This document shows, piece by piece, positions 28,962 to 36,793 of a stretch of 64,000 nucleotides of DNA. This DNA comes from a virus (Duplodnaviria; Caudoviricetes): IMG/VR virus record IMGVR_UViG_3300014204_000113, positions 1 to 64,000 of that record. The stretch is one strand, 5' to 3'. The notes beneath the pieces were generated by a model that saw only the letters and a program-made list of their open reading frames with translations, searched no databases and was not told where the DNA came from. Made by a program: the position numbers and the translations under genes. How positions within the stretch are numbered: position 1 is the first letter of the stretch; every line of letters begins with the position of its first letter.

Positions 28962-29333
28962 ATGAAACCAACCGTGATCGGCAGAGCCATTACTTCATTT
29001 GTCTGTATTTCCTGTGGAAGAATCTTTGATATGAATGATGGTTCTAATTGTCCATATTGTTGCGGTGCAATCAAAAATATTTGGGGATTGACTAAAAGTG
29101 TAAGTTTACAAGAAACAAAAGACAAAATAAAAGAAATTATCAAAGGAGGGATAGAAGATGGAATTGCTCTTGGTAAACAGCAAGCGTATTCGAAGTTGCT
29201 TGTTTTGATTCTTTCTCATATTGAATTTATTGAAGAATTTTTTAGAATATACCCAACTGCAAAAATACAAGGGAGGTTAGAAAGTTATATAAATGTGGCA
29301 GAGACGATAAGTAAATTAAAGGAGGAAATATAA
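28962..29333 (+). CDS. Zn-ribbon hypothetical protein
   Basis: CISC..CPYC. Confidence 0.65.
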   Translation: MKPTVIGRAITSFVCISCGRIFDMNDGSNCPYCCGAIKNIWGLTKSVSLQETKDKIKEIIKGGIEDGIALGKQQAYSKLLVLILSHIEFIEEFFRIYPTAKIQGRLESYINVAETISKLKEEI

Positions 29334-29680
29334 TGAAATATATCGCAAGGCTTGAATTAAGCATAAGTTATGAACCTCTTGTTGATTATCAACAGTCATT
29401 CCCTAGACTGATTATAAAGAATTTTGTAAAAGAGATTGAGATAGATAAAGAAACAATTTATCCCTCTTATTTTATTTTCTATTTTGGAGGAAAAAAGACG
29501 GTTGTCCCGCCTAGAAAAGATGGAATATTAACAGATGGTAAATTTATAACAACATACAGATTCTTTAAACAAATTGATTTTCGTGCGTCCGAAGAAAAGG
29601 AAGCTCTTGAAATTATTGACCAACTCCTAAAATCAGATTGGAAAGAAGTAGAACATCTTTCCGAATGGTATTTTATTTAA
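29333..29680 (+). CDS. hypothetical protein
   Basis: GGAGG RBS. Confidence 0.65.
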   Translation: MKYIARLELSISYEPLVDYQQSFPRLIIKNFVKEIEIDKETIYPSYFIFYFGGKKTVVPPRKDGILTDGKFITTYRFFKQIDFRASEEKEALEIIDQLLKSDWKEVEHLSEWYFI

Positions 29681-29737
29681 AATTTTTCTTGACAAACCTT
29701 TCAGCCTATAGGATAATCTTCCAAAAGGAGGAAAAAT

Positions 29738-30319
29738 ATGTCTGACTTCCAAACTGCTCTAAAACAGGTTGAGGCTAAACCGAAGGCCAAGAAGCAAGAA
29801 ATCCCTTTCCTTAAAATCCCCCAGCGAATTAAAGACGCAGTGGACACCTTCCAAGCTGCCAAGAAAAACAAAATCCAGGCAGAAGCCACCATGAAGGAAA
29901 AAGAAGCCGTCATAATTGACTTCGTTAGAGAGAAACAAGACCTTGATGGTTTTGCTGATAAGTACCATAATTCCTATGCCTTGAAAGGAGAGGGGCATGA
30001 AGTCAAAGTTATCTATGCAAAAAAATGGTCTATAAATCCTGAATCAAAAAGTGAACTGAAAAAACTTTTGAAAAGGAATTACAATATTTTGATAAAAGAA
30101 AGTTATTCATTAAGTTTAAGAAAAGAAGTTTTTGAAGATGGGCAATTACAAAAGGATTTGTTATCACTTATTGGTGATAGATTCAAAGACTTCTTCGAAA
30201 GCAAATTGGTTTTGAATGTGACTGAAAATTTCAGCCAAGAAATATATCAAATGGTTGATAAAGATGGATTGAAATTACTGAGAAGTCTTTGTCAACAAAA
30301 TAAACCAAGTTTGAAGTAG
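29738..30319 (+). CDS. hypothetical protein
   Basis: TTGACA promoter and AGGAGG RBS. Confidence 0.8.
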   Translation: MSDFQTALKQVEAKPKAKKQEIPFLKIPQRIKDAVDTFQAAKKNKIQAEATMKEKEAVIIDFVREKQDLDGFADKYHNSYALKGEGHEVKVIYAKKWSINPESKSELKKLLKRNYNILIKESYSLSLRKEVFEDGQLQKDLLSLIGDRFKDFFESKLVLNVTENFSQEIYQMVDKDGLKLLRSLCQQNKPSLK

Positions 30320-30329
30320 GAGGGTAGAA

Positions 30330-30548
30330 ATGAAAGAATTTACTACATTACAAATTTGCTTTATAATAAAATTAATTAATAGTATAATATTTACATTAAT
30401 CTTTCTTTTGATAGTCGCAGGAAAGATATATAATAGATTGTTAATAGCGCCAGATGTAGCTATCTGTCTTTTTATTTCTACAATAGAATTGTTTCTTATA
30501 GCCCATATAAGAGAAAAAAAATTGGCAAAAGAAAATAAGGAGGAATAA
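30330..30548 (+). CDS. membrane protein
   Basis: two TM segments; RBS. Confidence 0.6.
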   Translation: MKEFTTLQICFIIKLINSIIFTLIFLLIVAGKIYNRLLIAPDVAICLFISTIELFLIAHIREKKLAKENKEE

Positions 30549-30551
30549 TTT

Positions 30552-30812
30552 ATGTATCAATTCAAAATTTCTGGCCCGTGGTGGAAAATTAAACATCCAA
30601 AGAAAGATTATCCTTGGCCTTGGGAAGGGAACACAAAAAGAACCATAACCATATTTGATGATGATATTTTAAACAAAACTGCGCCAAACACCTACACAAA
30701 AGTGACTGGGCTATGTTGTTGTAATATCAAAATTCCAGATGAAGATACCGTTGAAATGAACGAAGAAAAGAACTTGATTATGACAAATTTTACTGAAATG
30801 TGTGGAGGATAA
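30552..30812 (+). CDS. hypothetical protein
   Basis: AGGAGG RBS. Confidence 0.7.
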   Translation: MYQFKISGPWWKIKHPKKDYPWPWEGNTKRTITIFDDDILNKTAPNTYTKVTGLCCCNIKIPDEDTVEMNEEKNLIMTNFTEMCGG

Positions 30813-30815
30813 TTC

Positions 30816-31175
30816 ATGTCTTACGATATCTCACTATGTGACCCAATTACCAAGAAGGTTTTACACTTTGAAGAGCCACATGACATGAAAGGTGGGACTT
30901 ATGCACTTGGCGGTACAACAAAAATGTGGCTAAATGTGACATATAACTATGTTCATATATTCAGAAAAGTCATCGATAAAGAAAAAGGTATCAGATTCCT
31001 TTATGGTCTGACCGGAGAAAAATCAATTCCTATTCTTGAAAAGGCTATGAGTCAATTAGCAGATGATATTGATGATGACTATTGGAAGCCGACAGAGGGT
31101 AATGCAAAGGAAGCCTTGAAGAATCTATTAATCTTAGCACAAACAAGACCTGATGGGATTTGGATGGGAGATTGA
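30816..31175 (+). CDS. conserved phage hypothetical protein
   Basis: MSYDISL..GGTYALGGT..LNVTYNY..DYWKPTEGNAK..RPDGIW. Confidence 0.8.
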   Translation: MSYDISLCDPITKKVLHFEEPHDMKGGTYALGGTTKMWLNVTYNYVHIFRKVIDKEKGIRFLYGLTGEKSIPILEKAMSQLADDIDDDYWKPTEGNAKEALKNLLILAQTRPDGIWMGD

Positions 31176-31179
31176 ATCT

Positions 31180-31953
31180 ATGAAAAACAATCCAAAAGCA
31201 AAATTTTGGAAGCTTACACCAAATCAAAAACACACCGTAAACATTTTGCCAAAAGAGGGTCATCAATTATTGCATGATTATTTTATTACCAATCATAAAA
31301 CGGGGAACGAGAATAAGAATTTGGGAGAAGAGATAAGACAAGTTGTTGATTATAAAAATGACCTTTTTGGTTATACTAAAGAAGAAATGGCTCAGATAGA
31401 ACCAATGCCAAGGTTTGGCGATTATGCAAACGAACTTGGTGGAAACTGGGAAATACATGATGACACCATAAGAAGAACAATACCAAGAATTAATTGGGAA
31501 CAAATAATAAATAAAGAAAATTGGGAAGAATGGCATTTTGAAGGATACAAACTTTTCCATACTACAGAATTTAAAAGATGGAGTCTGCATCACGATTTTG
31601 ATATTATTGGACATATGCCTTATGACATACCAATAGAAAAAGCCTTCGCATGGGCAGAAGAACATATTTTCTCTAGAGATATTCATAATGTAAAAACCAT
31701 AAAAGAATCAGGAGGTAATCCAAACATCATGGCCGAAAAAGAACTACCCATCAATGTCACGCTGGAAAGAGCCAAGATTGTCAATGAGTGGGTTCCTAAA
31801 GAAATAAACGATTATAGAAGATTGGCAAATCGCTGTTCTGATTTGTGGAATTGTGACTTAAGTACAAAAGACGCGGAACAGCTTATCGAAGAGGTTTTTA
31901 TTCGCCTCAAAGAAGAGAGGATAAAGCCGAATTTCTTCAAACATCGAAGTTGA
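31180..31953 (+). CDS. hypothetical protein
   Basis: long ORF; GGAG RBS before ATG 31180. Confidence 0.65.
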   Translation: MKNNPKAKFWKLTPNQKHTVNILPKEGHQLLHDYFITNHKTGNENKNLGEEIRQVVDYKNDLFGYTKEEMAQIEPMPRFGDYANELGGNWEIHDDTIRRTIPRINWEQIINKENWEEWHFEGYKLFHTTEFKRWSLHHDFDIIGHMPYDIPIEKAFAWAEEHIFSRDIHNVKTIKESGGNPNIMAEKELPINVTLERAKIVNEWVPKEINDYRRLANRCSDLWNCDLSTKDAEQLIEEVFIRLKEERIKPNFFKHRS

Positions 31954-31958
31954 GTCTG

Positions 31959-32045
31959 GTACAAATTTTTGTACCCTCTTGAAAAAATAATTTCAAGAAA
32001 GCGAAGAAATTTCTTGACAAGCCAACCATAAAAATTTAAGATAAT
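31959..32045 (+). promoter_or_regulatory. operator plus promoter of the ubiquitin-like operon
   Basis: GTACAAATTTTTGTAC..AAAATAATTTCAAGAAAG..TTCTTGACAAG. Confidence 0.7.
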
Positions 32046-32065
32046 TTCATAAGGAGGACAAACGA

Positions 32066-33385
32066 ATGTGGTTCATGCTTGACAATCACCTTGACGCAGA
32101 AAAAATCTTGACCAAGGCTTTAATACCCACTCTGCTTCACACAATCACCACCCCAAGAGAAATCAAAGGGTTGGCTTTCCCGGAAGAAGAAAAAGACAAG
32201 GTGCTCAAACTTCTGAAATTGGAAGAAAAAACTTGGGCGACGGTTAGAACCAACGATGACAATATTCTCCTTATGGAAGCACAAGGAAGGGTCGTCAAAA
32301 TTGGCGGTCATCTTCAAACTTGGGATGAATTTTCTGGAGTTTTAGAAGAATACGCAGAATTGCTAAATGTTAAAATAGTGGTTTCAAATCCACATGTGAA
32401 TCAAATTATAGGAAAAGGAGTAACTTTAGAACCAGAGGCAGAAGAAGGAACTTTGTTTATAAAATTCTATGCCTCCCCTGAAAAAACCAAAGCAAAATCA
32501 TACAAAGAAGTTTTCGGTTTTAAATTAGGAACAAGTCAAAGCGATGGAGTAGAGCCTTCCGGTCAAGGACAACCAATTATTGACCCTTCTTCTGAAACCA
32601 CCATCGCAGAAGTAATTGGTGACAGCCTTTATGTTCTATTCGATTTGCCTCATAATGACGGTTTGAAAAACAGCCAAGAAATTATGCGACAAATCATGGA
32701 ACAATATTCTCTTCTGCAAAAGTCGCCAGAAGAATTGAAAAAATGGCGAGAAGAAGCGAAAGAAAGAGAAGCGACCAAAACAAAAACTGCCTATGTTAAG
32801 GAGTGTTCAAAAAGATTAAAAGCAGTAAAGAATGAACTGATAGAGGATATTGAAGGAAATGAAAACGAACTAAACGCATTAGGGCAAAGAATTACTGAAT
32901 TGGTGAGACAAATTGATGAGAAGAAGAAACAACTCTTCGGTTTTGACGACCTTGGAGATAGGGAAGAAAGATTTTCTCAAGAATATGATAAGTTGTTAGG
33001 ATTGCCTCATGTCAAGAAAGTTTTGGTTGAAGAGGGCAAGGTTAAAGTTTTCACCAATACTATCTTTCTTGAAAGTGATGGCAAGGTCTATGAAATGGGG
33101 GATTATCGCATTGACATTCCTACACAAGACACCAATTTAAAAATCGCCAATCTGAGGATGGAAGAGTTGACTGGGCAAACATATTTCCACCATCCTCATG
33201 TTTCTGGAAATAAAGATGGCGCAACTCCTTGTTTGGGGAACATTTCAGAAGGTGTTATGCGTCTAATTGGTGCATATGAATTTTCAGTAGTGGCACAAAT
33301 TCTCATTGAATATCTACATAGCAATAGATATCAAGACGAATTGACAACTTACTGGAAGCCAATAAAGAAAGCAAAAAGGGCGTAA
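32066..33385 (+). CDS. prokaryotic E2-like (UBC-fold) protein with N-terminal domain and coiled coil
   Basis: HHPHVSGNKDGATPCLGNI motif; first gene of the E2-JAB-E1-Ubl operon. Confidence 0.7.
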   Translation: MWFMLDNHLDAEKILTKALIPTLLHTITTPREIKGLAFPEEEKDKVLKLLKLEEKTWATVRTNDDNILLMEAQGRVVKIGGHLQTWDEFSGVLEEYAELLNVKIVVSNPHVNQIIGKGVTLEPEAEEGTLFIKFYASPEKTKAKSYKEVFGFKLGTSQSDGVEPSGQGQPIIDPSSETTIAEVIGDSLYVLFDLPHNDGLKNSQEIMRQIMEQYSLLQKSPEELKKWREEAKEREATKTKTAYVKECSKRLKAVKNELIEDIEGNENELNALGQRITELVRQIDEKKKQLFGFDDLGDREERFSQEYDKLLGLPHVKKVLVEEGKVKVFTNTIFLESDGKVYEMGDYRIDIPTQDTNLKIANLRMEELTGQTYFHHPHVSGNKDGATPCLGNISEGVMRLIGAYEFSVVAQILIEYLHSNRYQDELTTYWKPIKKAKRA

Positions 33386-33417
33386 ATGAAATTAAAGATA
33401 AATAAAAGGAGGAACAA

Positions 33418-34242
33418 ATGAAAATTGAATCGGTAGTTCCAATCATTGCCATAACCCCAGACGCCAAGGCAAAATTAGATGCCTATATCGGCATCTGCAA
33501 AGAAGAAATTAGTGGTTTGGGTGTTGTAAGGAGATTGCCACAATGGAAATTCCTTATTGAAGACATCATTCTCTTTTCCCAAGAAGTGACGGCAGGAACG
33601 ACAAACCTTGATGAAGAAACCCTTCACCAATTTTTGACCGAAGCTGTGGAACAAAATTTGGACCCATCGGTTTTAAAATTGTGGTGGCATAGCCACGTCA
33701 ACGGGTCTTGCTTTTGGTCTGGAATTGACACTGGGACTATTAACAAGGCGTTATTAGGTGACGATTGGATGTTATCTATTGTAGGCAATAAAAAAGGCGA
33801 ATACAAATGCCGTCTTGACACCTACGATCCAGTCCGCATCGCCTTAGATGAATTATCCTTGCAGTTGCAGCAAACAACTGATGTCGGCCTTTGGAAGCAA
33901 TTGAAGGCCGAAGTTAAAGAAAAGGTGAGAAAAAAGAAATATACCACATATCAAGGTGGTGGTGGAATTTGGGAAAAAGGAAAGGTTTGGGATAAAAAGA
34001 ATTATAAGTGGGCGTGGCCGGATGAAATTGATGAGACCGATGAAAACGACCAACCCATCCTTCCCAAACATTCTTCAAAGAATTCTTGCGGGGAATGCAA
34101 GGATTTTCTTGAAGGAAAAAAAACTTGCAAACAAAACTTTGCCAGTGGAAAATTTATGGCTGCTTGCAGACTATTTGAACCTATCCAAATAGGCGAAAGT
34201 GAAGAAACAAAAGAACAAGACTTGCAAGTGGGGATGGTTTAA
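33418..34242 (+). CDS. JAB/MPN+ (JAMM) metallopeptidase with Cys-rich tail
   Basis: EISGLG..WWHSHVNGSCFWSGID. Confidence 0.88.
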   Translation: MKIESVVPIIAITPDAKAKLDAYIGICKEEISGLGVVRRLPQWKFLIEDIILFSQEVTAGTTNLDEETLHQFLTEAVEQNLDPSVLKLWWHSHVNGSCFWSGIDTGTINKALLGDDWMLSIVGNKKGEYKCRLDTYDPVRIALDELSLQLQQTTDVGLWKQLKAEVKEKVRKKKYTTYQGGGGIWEKGKVWDKKNYKWAWPDEIDETDENDQPILPKHSSKNSCGECKDFLEGKKTCKQNFASGKFMAACRLFEPIQIGESEETKEQDLQVGMV

Positions 34243-34904
34243 TGGTAAATCAAGAACCCGATTTTTGGAGGCAGTTTGACATTCTTCGGCCTACCGACTT
34301 AGAATTCCCTGTTCATATGGGAGGTTGTGGAGGTATCGGATCGCCCACTGCTTTGGCTATGGCGAAAATGGGGTGTAAAGATATGACCTTACATGACCAT
34401 GACACTGTGGAAAACCACAATTTACCCAATCAGATTTACCGATTGACAGACGTGGGAATGTTCAAGGTGGAAAGTTTGGCCAAAACCATTGAAGACTTCA
34501 CTGGTGTAATACCAAAAACTTCCCTCGAAAAGATAACTGCCGATTCAAAATTGGTCGGGTTAGTAGTGTCTGGGGTTGATTCTATGGCAGCTAGGAAAGA
34601 AATTTGGCAAGCCATCAGATATAAAACGACAATCCCTTTGTATGTGGATGCCAGAATGGGGGCGGAAGTTTGTCGCATCTATTCCATCAGGCCGACTAAT
34701 CCCATTGATGTAGCGATGTATGAAGGGACGTTGTATGATGATGCAGAAGCCCAAGAATTGCCTTGCACGGGCAGAAGCATTATCTACAATGTATTTATGA
34801 TCGCGGCATTGATTTGCAGTCAAATCAAGAAATTTGCTCGTGGACAAGAGTTCAATAAAGAAGTTATCTTTGATTTGGTTACATTGATGTGTTTGACTGA
34901 GTGA
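34242..34904 (+). CDS. ThiF/E1-like ubiquitin-like activating enzyme
   Basis: GCGGIGS, DHDTVENHNLPNQ, GVDSMAAR, DARMG; candidate catalytic Cys in ELPCT. Confidence 0.92.
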   Translation: MVNQEPDFWRQFDILRPTDLEFPVHMGGCGGIGSPTALAMAKMGCKDMTLHDHDTVENHNLPNQIYRLTDVGMFKVESLAKTIEDFTGVIPKTSLEKITADSKLVGLVVSGVDSMAARKEIWQAIRYKTTIPLYVDARMGAEVCRIYSIRPTNPIDVAMYEGTLYDDAEAQELPCTGRSIIYNVFMIAALICSQIKKFARGQEFNKEVIFDLVTLMCLTE

Positions 34905-34967
34905 AACTATCAACTTTAAATAAATCTATCATGAGAATAGGAGGAAAATAAAAGGGATAACAAACAG

Positions 34968-35153
34968 ATGTTTATCAAGGTGGTGTGGAAGGGGAAAGTA
35001 ACCGAAGTTATCCTTCCCCAAAATGGGACAACGGGAGATGCGTTGAAAGCGGCCCAAATCCCATCAAGTCAAGTAACTGGAATAACCGTAACCGGAGTTC
35101 GCTGCTGCGCTGATACCCAATTGAGACCTGACGACGCGGTTTACGCAACTTAA
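34968..35153 (+). CDS. ubiquitin-like (beta-grasp) protein lacking C-terminal GG
   Basis: MFIKVV..TTGDALKAA..TQLRPDDAVY; similar to the next ORF. Confidence 0.7.
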   Translation: MFIKVVWKGKVTEVILPQNGTTGDALKAAQIPSSQVTGITVTGVRCCADTQLRPDDAVYAT

Positions 35154-35188
35154 CCATCAACCTTAAACAAAAAAGGAGGAATTAAAGC

Positions 35189-35395
35189 ATGTTCGTTAAA
35201 GTGGCAAAGTTGGGCGCGAAAGTGGAAGAAGTGAATCTGGCTACCGGGGCCACCGTGGGCGAAGCCCTGAATGTGGCGGGCGTCACCGGGGACAACATGG
35301 AGATGAAGTTCAACGGGATGGTGGTTCAGAAGGACACCCAACTCCATGCGGATGGCGTTTTGACCCTCGTAGGCCAGATCAAGGGCGGCGCATAA
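35189..35395 (+). CDS. ubiquitin-like modifier precursor (C-terminal GG-A)
   Basis: beta-grasp pattern ATVGEALNVAG..LHADGVLTLVGQIKGGA; strong RBS. Confidence 0.88.
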   Translation: MFVKVAKLGAKVEEVNLATGATVGEALNVAGVTGDNMEMKFNGMVVQKDTQLHADGVLTLVGQIKGGA

Positions 35396-35407
35396 TCTAA
35401 CCTAAAC

Positions 35408-35447
35408 CGGCAGCCTTGTGATGTTTGCAAGGCTGCCGAACCTTTTT
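35408..35447 (+). terminator. intrinsic terminator of the Ubl operon
   Basis: CGGCAGCCTTG/CAAGGCTGCCG followed by a T run. Confidence 0.75.
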
Positions 35448-35479
35448 AAAATTGGGAGAATCATTTGTATATTTGTATA

Positions 35480-35567
35480 TTTGTATATAAAAATCAGTGG
35501 TGAATGTTCTATCTAAAGTCAGACAGCTTTTAGAACCAAGTTCAAAGACTCCATCCCGAGTCTTAAA
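35480..35567 (-). ncRNA. TnpB3 omegaRNA core scaffold plus guide
   Basis: hairpins and AACATTCAC end at 35500; guide CACTGATTTTTATATACAAA. Confidence 0.7.
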
Positions 35568-36637
35568 ATATTAATCGCGGCATTGTGATCACGATCAATA
35601 ACTAAATTACAATGAGGGCAAGAATGAGTTCTAACAGACAACTCTTTATCAACCAAGTTATAACATCCAGAACACATCTTGCTGGTGTTTCTTGGATTTA
35701 CGAAGATTGTTTGTCTACCAGCATATTCTGCTTTGTATTTAACAAAATTCATAAATTGATTCCAAGCAACATTACTTATGGATTTTCTAATTCCTTTAAA
35801 GGTAGTTTGTTGCATACTTTTAATATCAAGTTTTTCAAAAACTATTATTTGATTTTCATTTATGATTCTTCTGCTGAGTTTATGTGCAAAATCTGTTCTT
35901 TTGTTTGTGATTTTAGAATAAATTTTAGCAACAATTTTCTTGAGTTTATTTCTTTTTCTAGAACATTTTTTCGCATTAGAAAATTTACTTTGATATCTTG
36001 CAAGTTTCTGTTCAGATTCTTTGAAAAATCTAGGATTAGGAATCTTCTCGCCATCAGAGAAAGTAGCAAAAGAAACAAGACCCACATCAATACCAATAGG
36101 TTTCTCAATATTTGGCAAAATATTCGTTTCAACTTCACAACTAAAACATGCAAACCACTTGTTTGTAGAATCTCTTCTGATAGTGAGAGTTTTAATCTTG
36201 CCCTCAATATTCCTATGTTGTTTGATTCTAACAGCGCCTATTTTAGACATCTTCAAAAACTTATCTTTAATCTTAAAGCCGCCTTGAGTAAATGTGAAAC
36301 TATTATACCTATCATAACCTTGAAATCTAGGATAACCGGGTTTATCGCCTTTCTTAACTCGTCTAAAGAAAGATTTAAAAGCTTTATCAAGTCTATTTTG
36401 TGCATCTCTAAGGCAATGAATATGAATATTTTCAAATTCAGGTTTTTCTTTTTTCCATTGAGGCAAAAGATTATAAGTATCATAAAGACTAAAACTTTTC
36501 TTTTCTTCTTCCCAGCTTTTCTTTCTAGTTTCAAGCGTTTTGTTGTAAATCCAGCGACAAGAATCAAGATAGGCTTGCAAAGATTTTTCTTGTTTACTAG
36601 TAGGATAAATCCTGAATTTAAAAGTTTTCATGCTCAC
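35519..36637 (-). CDS. tnpB: RNA-guided endonuclease TnpB, copy 3
   Basis: GIDVG / FEKL / DRDHNAAINI; close paralogue of copy 2; start GTG 36637 or ATG 36631. Confidence 0.95.
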   Translation of the reverse strand: MSMKTFKFRIYPTSKQEKSLQAYLDSCRWIYNKTLETRKKSWEEEKKSFSLYDTYNLLPQWKKEKPEFENIHIHCLRDAQNRLDKAFKSFFRRVKKGDKPGYPRFQGYDRYNSFTFTQGGFKIKDKFLKMSKIGAVRIKQHRNIEGKIKTLTIRRDSTNKWFACFSCEVETNILPNIEKPIGIDVGLVSFATFSDGEKIPNPRFFKESEQKLARYQSKFSNAKKCSRKRNKLKKIVAKIYSKITNKRTDFAHKLSRRIINENQIIVFEKLDIKSMQQTTFKGIRKSISNVAWNQFMNFVKYKAEYAGRQTIFVNPRNTSKMCSGCYNLVDKELSVRTHSCPHCNLVIDRDHNAAINILRLGMESLNLVLKAV

Positions 36638-36643
36638 ATCTAG

Positions 36644-36760
36644 ATTATAACATATGGAAAAAGACAATGCAAGCTAGTAGTTCAAATTTTTGTACTGAGG
36701 ATGAAAATAATTTGGTTTGAGTGAAAATTTTTCTTGACAAGGTGATTTTAATGATTTAAT
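36644..36760. promoter_or_regulatory. divergent promoters sharing one operator (36680-36695)
   Basis: minus-strand TTGCAT..TGTTATAAT for tnpB3; plus-strand TTGACA cassette for the second E2 operon. Confidence 0.7.
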
Positions 36761-36793
36761 ATGAACTAAGAAATTGATTTGCAAGGAGGTTTA

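Noticed and set aside
34242-35395. ThiF/ThiS or MoeB/MoaD sulfur-carrier pathway
   Set aside because: No thiamine, molybdopterin or cysteine synthesis genes nearby; operonic E2-like and JAB genes favour protein conjugation
13543-36637. Nuclease-dead TldR regulators or Cas12f with a CRISPR array
   Set aside because: All three RuvC acidic residues are present, and no repeat-spacer array is seen in the window
13523-36695. Complete autonomous IS200/IS605 or IS607 elements
   Set aside because: No tnpA (Y1 or serine type) next to any copy; the only upstream palindrome also occurs at non-TnpB promoters
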